Below are positions 1 through 13,120 of a stretch of 64,000 nt of DNA, in pieces. The stretch is from Lingula anatina (Eukaryota; Animalia; Brachiopoda). The notes under the pieces were generated by a model. That model was not told where the DNA came from. It saw only the letters and a program-made list of their open reading frames with translations, and searched no databases. The stretch lies in assembly GCA_051362555.1 (NCBI GenBank), contig CM120640.1:46044788-46108787 (forward strand), in the 5' to 3' direction. A program made the translations under genes and the position numbers. How positions within the stretch are numbered: the stretch's first letter is position 1; each line of letters begins with the position of its first letter.

Positions 1-47
1 TACTCATAAATTAACTTATTAATCAGTTCATGAAAAATGTTCCTTGC

Positions 48-162
48 CTTATATAATGGAGAGTAGCAAGGAGCAAGATAAGGAGAGTCAAGCCTATCCC
101 TGCTCCCCAGGTTACTGCAGCCTCACTGCTGGGCGACACATCAAGAGTGGTCGGAGAATCAA
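48..162 (-). CDS. Candidate coding exon of an unidentified membrane protein; contains a transmembrane helix
   Basis: Minus-strand acceptor ttccag| precedes 162. Translation (V)DSPTTLDVSPSSEAAVTWGAGIGLTLLILLLATLHYI(R) has a hydrophobic helix. Phase 1 matches the donor of exon 2541-2661. It ends either at a GC donor (AAG|gcaagg at 48) or at TGA 25-23. Confidence 0.55.
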
Positions 163-225
163 CTGGAATTATGACAAATGATAAAAAATTGGGCACAGAA
201 TAACATTAATGTGTGGCTTCTCAGC

Positions 226-367
226 GGGGGCGTCTCGATAGTCCGAAGGTTCATTGGTCCGAAAAACGGTAACATTTTTATCGGTTTTTTAATCAAGGGT
301 TCATTGGTCCGAAGGTTCTGTAGTGAACATTCGGACCAATGAACCTTCCGACTATTGCTATGGCCCC
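226..367. mobile_element. Small MITE (about 142 bp), Mutator- or hAT-like
   Basis: Imperfect TIRs: gggg..atagtccgaaggttcattggtccgaa versus ttcggaccaatgaaccttccgactat..cccc. There is an extra internal copy of ggttcattggtccgaa. The flanking direct repeat cttctcagc (217-225, 368-376) is a 9-bp TSD, or 8 bp if the terminal C belongs to the element. Confidence 0.85.
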
Positions 368-2540
368 CTTCTCAGCACCTCAGGCAAGTGACACAAACAC
401 ACACACACTCTTTTTTTTTTTGCAAAGAATAAATTATCTTTTCTTTTTTTATCTTGTGTTTAAAAAAATTGTCAGGATTATTACCCAGCATGCTTGATAT
501 AATCACCATAGACTCATAAGCCGTGATAGTAAGAAAATATTATTCTTATGCTTATTTAACCGCAGATAGGCAAGCACGTAAAAGCTTTTACACTTAATAT
601 TATGGAAATTAGAGATACATGCAAGTTCCCTGCTGTTGAAGAATTTCAGGCATGTTATACTTTTTTACTTACTGACATAGGCTCATGAATAACTTTAGTT
701 AGCTAGCTACAGAAAGGCATATAAACATATACATATGATATTTTGTAGCTTGGGTGCTTAGGATCACAAGATCTGAAAGCATTAACTATAGTAATATGTG
801 CAATTACAGATGTCATTGCACATATTGAATAAACTTCTATTTACGATGACTTATGTAAGTTGTGTAGATTATGTAGAGGGTTGGATTAGGCATATACTTA
901 TTTGATAATATACAATAATATATTCACTTTTAGTGTGGACGACTTTAAAGACCTTAGCACAGAAGGATGAGAGGCAAATATTCAGTCAATAGGGGTGGAA
1001 GATGAAAATTACATGTAAAAGAATATAGGTAAGAAAACAGGTCAGTATAGGAGAATGCATAACAAAAAGAAAAGCAGCAAAAATCAGTAACTGGAAGAGC
1101 TGAGCAAATTGAAAAACCTCTGAGGCAAAGGCAGCATTGTCAAGACATGCCAAGAAGATGTAGCCTTTGTAGAACTAATCTCCATAGTAACTGCTAATAA
1201 GATTTTGATTAAAAAGAAAAGAGATTTGCCCTTGTTCGACTTGTTTGACTACTTGACTTATTGTTGTAAGCTGACCCCTTTCCCTGTGGAGAATTACCTA
1301 ACCTCAAGAGAAGCACCATTAGTTGCTCCATTACATATAATAATGCTTTTGCCTGAATCCATTTACATTATGAAGTAAAATGCTTCACTGCTAATAGCAC
1401 TTTCCAGGAAAAAATACAGTGCATCATAAATATAATCATTAACAAAGAACATGAATTTCCGGTGTCATCTCCTTCAGCCCAAAGATCCTGACTTTATCAA
1501 AAACAAGACATGGGGACTTAATTGCTTCAGTTCTCGTGTCTGACACACAAACACCTGCCCTTACTGAAGATTAATAATGTCATCATTATCACAAACTTTG
1601 AAGGTATCTTAATCTGAGAAATATACTTTTGTTTACAAACCGTGTATATTGATTGCCAAAAGCAAAATACTTACTGCAACACCTCAATATTTTTAAACAT
1701 TTTTTTTTGAAAAGTTAAAAAATGTAGCTCTGTTTTTAGATGTGATTTGTAGAGAAATACAAATGTTAAAAGAAACACGCACATAAGCCTTGAGATAAGT
1801 TTCACTTGCCAATTACGCAGAATTTTATTTTGTAATTATAACTTCTCAAAAATGGAGAGTTTTGCTTACCCTAACACTGCATGCCGAGTGTATAGTGTGC
1901 AATGCAGCTTTTTATGAACTTGTCAATGTCCCAACCAAGCACATTTAACACAACTAACACACTTGGTAACAAAGTGCTTTGAACTTCTTTAAATTTGCAC
2001 ACATAAAAAGGGGGAGCTCAACAGATGGTCTACACTATAAACTTGACTAAAAATCTTAACTGACCACGATACATTTGAAAACTATCTTAAGAGTTGCTAA
2101 CCTCATGTTGCATGCTTTATTAAGCTAACTTTTAAGACAAAAGGCCAAGCTGCATTTGCTCTAAATTTCTTATCAATGTGGTGATTAAAACTGGACTAAT
2201 GTTTGTTAAATGTTTAAGACTGCAACTGGTTAGTCAACTTAATAGGAGCTCAACAGAGTCAGCTGAGGCAACATGGATAAGATTCTCAGTAAAATGGGAC
2301 CCAAAAGACTAAGCATGCCATATGCATTGTTCATGAAAGAAAAAAATGTTCTTAAATTAACAAGTATACATCCATGATCAGACTACCTAATATTTATAGT
2401 AAAACTAGACTAGTTTCCAAATTGCTACATTATTCTTTACTCAATCTATTTTCTTTCCCTAGTCAATCATATTAAGGAATTGCTTTTCTTTCATTTCATT
2501 TACAGAATTAATTTGATTTATTGAATTATGTCCTCATCAC

Positions 2541-2661
2541 CTCTGCTTCCATTAATTGCAGGCAAATATGTGGCTGTCCCTGGTGTGGCATTGTTTTGTG
2601 ACAGCTTGCTGGCCACAGTAGAAACATTGATCCTCCTAGACGACGAGGGTATTACAGGCAT
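2541..2661 (-). CDS. Candidate first coding exon of the same membrane-protein gene (whole exon 2764-2541 including 5' UTR)
   Basis: Acceptor ttttcag| precedes 2764. An in-frame TGA at 2691-2689 lies upstream of ATG 2661. Translation MPVIPSSSRRINVSTVASKLSQNNATPGTATYLPAINGSR has three N-glycosylation sequons. The phase-1 donor AG|gtgatg at 2541 splices in frame to the exon at 162. Confidence 0.5.
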
Positions 2662-5600
2662 AACTGTGGCTGGACGATCTCCCACTGGTCATCTTGCTGG
2701 ACAGTACTGGACTAGAGCCAATTCTACTAACTGCTTTTGTTCATCACAGCTTAGATATCTTTGACTGAAAATACAAAACATGTTTGAATCAAATTAATTT
2801 TGGCAAAGGTCATATCACTATGTGGTTCATCACACAGAGAAAAAATATTTAAAACACATACCCAGCCTGACAAACCCTAAATTACATCCTTTTACATCTT
2901 AAACTAGTTGGAAAAACAGCCTGTCAGCCATGCATGGAGCAACAAGTACAGTAATATATTCATCCCTCCTAACAGCCTCATACAAAAATATAATATTAAT
3001 TACAGCACTACAAATTCCATTTAACAAACTGTTTTGAGAACCATAACATTTCTCCACGTTAATCACCGTTTCCAATTTCAAAGGCTAACTGCTTCCTTTG
3101 GTAATGTACTCTTTATTAGTACCCACATGTGGGTAATTATATGGTGGAGTTGAGGATGAGGAGTATCAAAACAAAATAAAAAATGTATGATACTTTTGGG
3201 TATGTATCATTAAGGTCACTGCCACAAGTCTAATACTGGCAGAAGCAGATGGACACAACTTTCTCCGGTTTCTGGAAGGCAATCAGTAATTTCTAGAAAA
3301 GCACTAATTTAATTCCAATATCAGGACGGTGGACAGGGGCAGTTCGGGGGGGGGGGGGGGGGCAGGAAAAACTGCTCTTTTGACCAGAAAAGGTTCACTC
3401 TGAATCAAAATTTGATCTAGGTTATATTTTGACTAGAAAAGCTTTTCCCACTTGGACTTGGCAAAGCAGAACAGTAGAAATGTACTAGCTATTTGGATGG
3501 AATTTATAAAGCCCGCAGCCATCTATAACAAAACTGAAATCATTGTTAGGAGGAAAAACAATATCACTGCCTTACCATCAGACTAGAAAGTAATTCAATC
3601 AAAGTATACATTTGACTGTTTAAAGAACATCAATCATAATTGCAGATCTAAGAATTTAATAGATCTTGTCAAATGGACTTGATGGATGTTCCAAGAAATG
3701 GCTTTTAGAAAAGTTATAAAATACCTTAAATTTATTTCCCTTCCAAAATACACCAACAACTTCAATCTTCAATTTCTTTTTACAAAGCTATTCATCACAA
3801 ATTTTGAAGTCTTAATACTGCACTTTCTTAATTGATTGAAATTATTTTATTACTCTTCCTCAGCTTTTGTTTATTCTGTCTGACATGCCAATCAAGCAGT
3901 CTGTACTGTTTGATAAACCTAAGTGCATTTCAGTGTATTTTTCCTCTCTTGCAATGCTTAAACTTTACAAATTACCAAGTTTTATCCATCTTCATGCATC
4001 AGTATCCCTGCAGGAGTATACCACTCACTGTCCAGTCAATACTCTTCTTTGGTCTTTTTTTTATAACATAGAGAATGTAACAAGTACACAGATAAACGAA
4101 CTGTAGCATGTGTGTGTGTGCATGTGTGTATGTGTGTGTGGAGGGCGGTGGGGAGGTTGAATACGCGTGCATACTTGCAAGCACGCATTTGGGGGGCAGG
4201 ATAAAGTAGCCCATTATCATATTATCATGTTTGCTAAAAATCCATCATCAAGTAATAATTCATTAAAAGGATCATTAAATTTGTCAGCAGACAGATGTCA
4301 CATAAAATACTTTCTGAGAAGAGCAATCAACATGTTCTCCTGTTTATCCACCTTATCAGTGGTGACTATGCTGACAAAATTCCATCATTACCATCCAAGT
4401 TTTTTGTTTACTTTTACTCTTCATGCTATTTGTTTTCTCGCCTAACCTGTATGTTCTAGCTAGAATTATCACTCAATAACTGTGAAGCAAATTTTAAGAA
4501 AAATAATTATCTTGTACTTCTGAACACATAACTCCCATGTGTTTTAGTCTAGTTTCTGCTGGAATCATCCCTACGGTTAGTTTACCTACCAGTGCAATGA
4601 AAAATACATTTACAGAGACGGAAATTACATTGGCTGATGATGTCAATCTACCTGCTGAACATAAAAAAGCACTTGAAGACTATTTCATCAAGCATTTTCC
4701 TCCCCCTCTCATTAGCAAAATTGTGTTGAAGTGTGAACAACAAAAGTACCCCTTCACTGCCCATTGTACAAACATCTTACCTGTCAAATATTGAATTTAT
4801 TCTCAAAGTTTTAATGTACTTATATTCATACTAATTTCCCTCAGGTAACAGTGTCAGTAACCCAGTCTTATTTTGTCCCTATATCTTTTTTTCTGACTGT
4901 GTTAGTTGTGACAAGATAAACACTCAGAATCATTTCTGCAACATCCTTATTGACAGGCATTTCAATAATAACTAGATTAAATACTATCAAGAGAATTGAA
5001 GAAATGATTTTTGGCAATGTTCTTCAATTTCTCTGATAAATGTTATTCCACTAAAGTCAATTACCTTTAAGTATGACAAGTAGATAGGAGAATTTATGTA
5101 CAGTACTTCCCTATTTCAATTAATAATTGAGCAGAGGATTAGAACAGATTTAAAATGCAATTGACAGTTTGTTACCTAATCTAAAGATACACAAACACTC
5201 AAGAAATACGCATGCAAAAAATGAAATAGTAAACTGACATCAACACAGCTTCATCCCCCCCCCCCCAAAAAAAAAAAAAAAAAAAAAAAAAACCAATTCA
5301 AATATTTCTAAAGAAAGAGGAATTCAATATCAGGACAGCCAAATACAGTGGTTCAGATATCACATCATTAGTTGAGATGATTCCAGCAGGAAGTCAAACA
5401 ATTTTATGAGGTGAGAAGTCAGACTGATTGTTGCTGTACTACATTCATCAAATTGATGAAGCAGATAACAAGGAAGAAAGAAATATAAATGACTATGCCA
5501 TGTCATTAAGAGAACATGTAATAGAGATGGGAAAATAAGGAAAAGAATAGTGGAATATTATCTGATTAGTTTGTGTTAATTTTGGGGGTAATTGAGAGAT

Positions 5601-6537
5601 ATGTGAATTGTGTGTGTGGGAGGGGGGAAGCAGATTGGTGACTGATCAAAAAGAAGAAACAGAAAAATAAAAAGAAATGAAGGATTTCAAAGAAACATTC
5701 CCACAATATACCATGAGGTAAGAGGATAAAGCTCAATACAGTTTATCTTAGTTATTTATAAATGTGATTTTTTTGTCTGAAACAAATTTGAGTTGGGAAA
5801 TATTCAAATATCACCCGTCAAACAAAATTTCTGTTAGAAATTTATTTTCTTCCGTTATGTTTTTTGCCAATCTTACATTTTTTTTTTTTTTTTTTTTGTA
5901 AATTAGGTTTTCCATAAAAATCATTACTTATGTGAAACAACAAAAGGCTGTCTGTTTGCAAAAAGTGTATAAGCTGAAATATACCTGACAACTTTTTATA
6001 AATATAATCATGGCATATTATCTATTTTGAAATTTGACATCTACAGTACAAACATTAACTATATAACTTATATCACAAATAATTTGCACACTTACTATAC
6101 CATAAATAATTTACATACAAACAACATCATAATTTGCTTGCAAACTATATCACATATATTTGTATACAAACTTGCAATTAAAATATGTCAACCATTACAT
6201 TTACACCAAATAGAATTATCTTGATGTCCAATATATTAAATCACATCATACTAGTACCTCACTCTGCTGCACAGCCCTAGTGACCTGTATGGAACACTAG
6301 CATGCATAGCGCAATTCCTCATCTGTCTTATTGGAAAATCCTTCTGCCAAAGGAAATATTGTGAATGGAGGCCATTTACCCAACTGTATATTATACATTA
6401 TCTACCAAATCTCTTTCCACACGGAAAAGTCATTAGGTCTGTGCAGGATCGAACCAGATCAGATAAAATACAATAAAATAGAAAGGTCAGGAGGTTCATG
6501 CCAAACAATTATAAGGTATATCATCATTGAAGGGGGA

Positions 6538-6786
6538 CAGTGGCGGATTTAGAGGGGGGAGTCACATATATCACACCAATATTCCCCTCTTGAAATTAGA
6601 ATTTTGACTAGCTAAATCATAGATCTAAATCGTACCAAAGGCCACTGTTTGCTCTCCAAAACGCCAATAATTTTTTGGGGCCCTTGAGTGGCCCCCGAAC
6701 TCCACAATAAGGGGGCCACGGTCAGCTTTGAATCCGAGGCCTGTCATTCCGGACCCCCCCTTCAAATAATCCTGGATCTGCCCCTG
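6538..6786. mobile_element. Non-autonomous DNA transposon/MITE, 249 bp, 6-bp TSD (hAT-like termini)
   Basis: Termini cagtggcggatttag and ctggatctgcccctg form an imperfect TIR. ggggga is duplicated at 6532-6537 and 6787-6792. Confidence 0.75.
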
Positions 6787-8974
6787 GGGGGATATGTGTA
6801 CACAGCACTGTGAAGTAAGTGATATATTGTTTTTGAGATAATATATGATAAGCGCCTAAAATAATGTGTCATTTTAAAAAATATTTATTAAGATAACATG
6901 TTTACAGTACTTTTTTCCTCCTATTTGATGTGTTAAGATTACACCTGGCCATCTTCAGAAATGGTTTTGATTGGGCACATGTTGAGCATTGAACTCAGTA
7001 TGGTTTTGTTTCTTTAGATTGTTTAAGCGTCTGAAAGTGGTACTTTTGTACACAACATGAGCTGAAACCCCACTATAAAACATGTTGATACGCCTAGATG
7101 TAAGAATAATGTGGTACATGAATGAAAACAACAAAGACTATCAGAGTTGTTCAATGTACATGTGCATGTGGGTAATGATATGGGTAAAATGAATGATACT
7201 TCTGACATGGCAATTTGATTCTGTCAACTTCTGTAATAATGTCAATGATTATTGTAATTCTACAGGCTCAGTAACAACAATTATGTTAACTATATACAAT
7301 TAAAATGCAGGTAAACATGTAATCAGAAACAGCTAGCCTAAGCCCTTACATGTAGTTGTTCACAGGTGTTTAACACTTGAGTGAGTTAATCTTTGCAGAA
7401 ATGACATAATTCTGTAATCTGGAAAGATGACAAAAACAGTGAGTGATGCAGATATCTACAAATTGAAGAATGCATGACAGCTCATATGCTGTATGATACA
7501 CCGGACATGAGTTCATCCTCTGAAACACAACCTGCTCAACAAAACTAGAACCATAAATAATTATGCAGACTTCACCACTAGGTATCCATCTATCTGTCTA
7601 TTTCTGCTGACCTTCATTTCATCTATAGATTAATCTATTTATCTTTCTACTTCTTTCATATAGTTATTTATTAATTTATTATCATAATAGTTATGAAAGA
7701 AAGAATTGTGCATTGCACTACATTTGTTCCACATGTAGGAGCTCAGCAAGAGGAGAGTCATTATCTAATTACCACTTGTACATTTTGTATCACAAATATT
7801 TTAGTCACATTTGTGAGATGCCTAAAATAACAAAAATGAAAAAATATATGAAAAAGCTAGTCCTCTTATTAATGTGCCCCTGGTCTTCTGTAACATTATG
7901 ATGCAAGTTAGACTCATTGCCAGCTAAAAGTAGCTCTGTTTTGAACAGACCCTAAACTTTGGTGATACAGATAAATGCACAATATAGCACACTGCCTTTC
8001 AATCCTGTGGGGGAAGGGATGCTATTTCTCTTGAATCCTTATTCAAGCCTTCAACTTTTGGTGTACATTTTGGGACAAAAACGGGGCTTGAGACAAGGAA
8101 TCACACTATCCTTGGTTAAAAATCCCATGAAGTCCCTAGTAATAGTTTATTAATAGACCACGTGAGAAACTAAATGAGGGCCTGTTTCCAGTAGAGGTAG
8201 GTGGGCCTAACTCAGTGCCACCAATCACCATTTACTTGGTCTGATCATCTTAGCTTCTACCTAATCCCTCTGCTGCCCCACAAATTGGCAGTGCAATTTA
8301 AGTCAGTGAAATATCACTAAATTTTGGTGAGCTAATCATAATCAGATGACCTGCTTAGATGACGTACGTGGGCACACAGAAGAATTGGGAGATGGAAACT
8401 GGAAACTGAATGGCAGTGTCAAGGTTTGTCTACAGCAACAAATGGAAAGTTATGTGTTTCTTGCTATTTCAGTACAACATCAAATTCTTTTGCTGGCGTT
8501 TGACATTCCTTAATATAAGAATTACATGACAACCTACATGTATCAAATGGATGAATAAAGAGCTGGGTAACAGAGCTAAATGGCCATAAGATCTACATAA
8601 GATGTCTTTTGTGAAGCCTGCAAGACAATTATAGTGAGAAAAATGAAATGATGAACTAGGTATCTATATTCCCTGATGAGTCAAGTGGATACAGATGCAA
8701 TAAGTAACATGTATTCCACAGTCTGTATCAGATGTGGAGCAAGGTATGGGAGGGGGGAGGCTCAAGAACCATTCCTTGCCATCTTCTCTTTTAGTTTATC
8801 AACAGTTACAAATTTAATACAGCCCCTACCACACCATTCAAAATTAGGAACCTTTTAATTAGCTCTGATTTAGAAAAATTCTTATTCTGATTAATACACC
8901 TTGATATCATCTGCACACTGTATGTATTCATTCGTGAAGTGATAAAAGTATTATCTAATAAGTGACAAAAAAAA

Positions 8975-9006
<32 letters not shown>

Positions 9007-9855
9007 CAGGCCTAACCAACTACCAGACTCGGCACCTACGGATCCAGAATAAACCGGTATATCAAACCACACTACCCGTTTTCAAGGTGTGTGTCAGATC
9101 GCATTACAGAGTATCAGCCACCACACCGATTTTGCCTGGTGCGCGATGTGATAGCGATGATCGTAGTAATAGATAGACCCCGAGTCTACTTATCGAGGGA
9201 TCTATCTTATTTAGACCACGGGTCCATTAGCGGGTTATAACGCATTCATGCGAGACGTGCGGTTATGCGAGTTACACCACGTCTGAATCTTTTGTTCTTC
9301 ACTTCCACCGTGGTCTAAAGCGGGGTTGGAAAGTAGTGCATCTCATCTAGATTCATGCGCTGCTGCAATTTTCCCTGTTTATGCTAAAAATCTGACAATA
9401 CAACAATTTTTAACATAAAATTTAGGTTCGAACATAGCCAATGATGTTTTGTTAATAAGAACTTGCAAACTTATATATTCATTTAGAAAAGTAGACCTAA
9501 TATTGATAGCAGAAGCATATTCTGTCAGGGGTTAAATATTTTCTGGATGAGATTCAGTGAGTCGTCTGTCGCCATGTTGTCACTGGGAACTACTCCGATG
9601 TCTCCACACTCGACAATAGTATGGAGCTTGCGGAATGATCCGAGGATTGCCAATTTCCATGTTGTTGTATTCATACGACTCCTACTTGATGAAAACGAGG
9701 CGCAATACCTGGATGACAGGTAGGCTTACAAAATTTGTGATGGGGTATGATACTCTGTAATGCGATCTGACACACACCTTGAAAACGGGTAGTGTGGTTT
9801 GATATACCGGTTTATTCTGGATCCGTAGGTGCCGAGTCTGGTAGTTGGGTAGGCC

Positions 9856-9857
<2 letters not shown>
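9007..9857. mobile_element. Non-autonomous DNA transposon, 851 bp, with 110-bp TIRs, inserted in a (TA)n microsatellite
   Basis: 9007-9116 and 9748-9857 are inverted copies with one mismatch (caggccta[a/c]ccaactaccagactcggcacc...). (TA)n lies on the left and (TG)4(TA)n on the right. No transposase ORF. Confidence 0.92.
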
Positions 9858-9890
<33 letters not shown>

Positions 9891-10220
9891 TTGTTATTCT
9901 AAATATGTAAAGTACAAAATATAGTCCCCATATAGTCCCTTAAGTAATGATCAATTCAACTGATCTATTTTATTACTGATGCTCTCAGTCTTTTAGATGA
10001 TTGAAATTATCAGTATATTTCTCCCAACTAGATCATTGCAACAATTAGGGATCATGTATCCTAAGCTATATGGCCTCTTTAGACAAACAATCAAAACTTT
10101 ACTTTTCAAAAAGCAATTTAACCGAAATATTTTCAAAAACAAATATTATGATCTATTTAATAAGAGATTACCTTAAATATTGTGAATGTCACACATGCAG
10201 CTTACTTTTGGAGTTTCTTA

Positions 10221-10351
10221 CACCCCATTTCCATAGATTTTTAGATCGATCTATCCCTGTGGGGAGTCTCACTAGATTACTGTCAGCTTGGCTGGCTTAA
10301 GCGTCTGTCCCGCCTACTAAAAGCTGTAAGGGGGTAATTAACTATGGTGCC
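10221..10351. mobile_element. Truncated copy of the 226-bp MITE family (see 27601 and 28530)
   Basis: Near-identical to the first 130 bp of 28530-28755 (caccccatttccatagatttttagatcgatctatccc...actatggtgccc). Preceded by tta. Confidence 0.88.
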
Positions 10352-13120
10352 CTGATATCATTTTCTGGTTGATAACCCTCACATCAAAATGATTAGAAAT
10401 CATCATATGAATTGCTTTTAGCCTACCTTTAGAAAGTGACATTCTCCTTAAAAGCACAGTGACACTGGTTTATCTATGTGACTCTCCAACTTTACAATCA
10501 AAATGGAAAAGTACTAAAACTTCTGTTTCTTCGATTAAAATTGTACATGTCAATGTGCAGTATACATGTGAGCCTGAGCGCCGAGTGTGTTCAGACAGAG
10601 ACTTAAATTGATTTAAGTCCACATGACATTACCAAAAAAGCAGTTCTAAATATGTGTCTAAACAAGCCTAATATCAGCATACCTGCTGACTTAGATACAT
10701 TTTCAGTTTATAAATGGTTTACCAGCAAATTGCTGCCTTGGTGAACTACCAGTCATTCAATACAAGCAGAAAAAAGGTGTTGTGTAACCTGTATCAGTTT
10801 ACCAATAATAGCACCCACGTACGCCCTCGTCTTTTGTGTAAGCAAATGTTTTCTCTGACAAACAACTAGAAATATACCTTACTTCAACAAGAAATTAAGG
10901 CAGCATTGGCCCTCCCCTCTCTTTCTCCAAAATTACTGGCCCAAAAACTTAACTTGTCAATTTTCATAAGAATATATTCATGCATACTTCAACCTACAAA
11001 AGTAAGATAATACTTTTATCAGTTATTTACTTTTCTTACAAAGTTGACAGCATTTTCAGAACTTGAAAATGTTCCTTATTTTTGCCAATTAAAAGGTAAT
11101 ATTTGATGCACATTTTTAAAAGCTGGCACATAGTTTTAAGGAAAGAAGTATAATTCACGTTAGCTAGATAAAGTGATAGACCATCTAATATTGCTCTCCT
11201 AATGATTGATAGGCATAAACAAGCAAATAACATGTCATTGATAAAAAGCATAGTTCATGAATATCTGCAAAAACTTTTATATTTTAACCATTCTACCAGA
11301 CAGGCTAAAACACTTTCACAGTCTTTAACTTCATAATTGTTAGATTAACAACACAATATAAGGAATAGGCAAGCATAGGATTAATAACAATCTATCACAA
11401 TCCCATTCCATGATGAAGTCTGACTGTTAGCAGACAAAATATTGGATGTTTAAGTATCAGTTTACTAATCAAGCTATAAACTATTAGCCTTTGAGCTGTC
11501 CAATCAATCTGTTTGTTAGCAAAAACCACCCAGATTTTTTTCCTTTTTGATACAATGTACAATAAGGAAAAGTTCAAAGTAAACAATCTACTATATCTTA
11601 CAGAAAAACTAATGCCACAAAAATACTATAACTGGAAAGTGCATTGTAAAATGTATGGAGTGCATTGTATGCACATTATCTGATAAAGCCATCAGTGTCA
11701 TTAACAATAAGTATATTTAAATGGGCAGTACTGTTTAACCCCATGATGGTCAGTAAGTCCAGACTGCTACTTCATACTAAGTGTTTTATAACACTCAGCA
11801 TGCTACATGGACTTGCTTCTATGTATTACTTAAATACAATTTTGACTACATTAACCAAGTTATTGCTCAGTTATATTAAATACCATAATATGATGTATTC
11901 TACTCATTTTTGAAATTTTGCAAAAACTGGTGTTAATTTGTCTTTAAACTTGTTTTGACAAAAAAAGGCAGATGTCTTATTCTTTTTGAAGATTCCTTAT
12001 TCAATATACCCCACCTCTCACTGAGACAGCCGTAGAGAGGGCTGCAATCAAGAGATGGGTGCTTTCTTAACTCATTCAAAACTAAGTTCTTTTTATCCAA
12101 CTAAATATAACTTAAATTAAACATGTACCTGTATCAGAGATCAACAGTTAAACTTTGCATTCATGAGTAAATTTAAATTACATAAATAAAATCTATGTAA
12201 ATTATACAATATATCAATGTGCATCTTGGTGATAATATGCATGGCAGCTGTTTGTTGGACCATACACGACACCTCATGTAGAAAACACATCAACAATCCA
12301 GAACATACAAGCTTTCAAAAGGTTTAAGCCACACCATGACCAATTTTATGGTCATCACAGTTTAACACAAAGTTATCTTCTATTATGTATCAGTTGTTGA
12401 ATGAGCATCTGAAGGGTTCAAGCTGCATAGTACAGATAATTAATCACACATGAGAAGTTGACACTCAAAGCATGGTATTAAACAGATGGTCATCATTAAC
12501 AAGTATCACAGATAGAATCACCAACATGCTTACAGTATATGTACCCACCTGCCTACATGATGACATCCAAGTTAAACAACACAGGTACAGGTAGCTAGAG
12601 ATCCTAGGTACAAGTAGCTATAGGATAGAACTGATACTTCAACAACAACCAGACAGCAATGACACTTCAAAGCTGGCACATTAATCCACGCTGTCAGATA
12701 TCAATCCTACACTGGTGTCTGTATATACTCCAGTTTAAGGCCAACCTTCTGAGTTCATGCATACAGCCACAAGGGCTGTCTAATTACCTGGCAGGTACAG
12801 TCACTGTCCTCTGCACACCTGTTAACAGATGGAATGTTCAGTTAAGAATGAGAGTGGACAACGTGAAGCCAGGTAGTCTGGTGTCTCCACGCATGAGTGC
12901 TCCACTGCACATACAGGACATCTATCCACTGCCAAATTAAGTCACCTCTCTACCTGCAGAGGACTATAAAGCTCTAGGTAAAAAGTGGTTTACCTGTGGT
13001 GGAAATGGTGATGATTATTATTAGGTCTTGGGTGCTGTGACTTGTTAAATAACCTAAACTTCAGGCTAAGACAATTTTCTTGACTGATGAGGAATACTAT
13101 TTGAATAATAAAAATGCAAA

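Noticed and set aside
2662-2764. Open frame upstream of an in-frame TGA, considered as selenocysteine or readthrough
   Set aside because: Only 24 open codons, no TGA-CTAG context and no SECIS visible. A 5' UTR is the simpler explanation.
3334-3370. caggggcagttc plus poly-G resembling a MITE terminus
   Set aside because: No partner TIR or TSD was identified.
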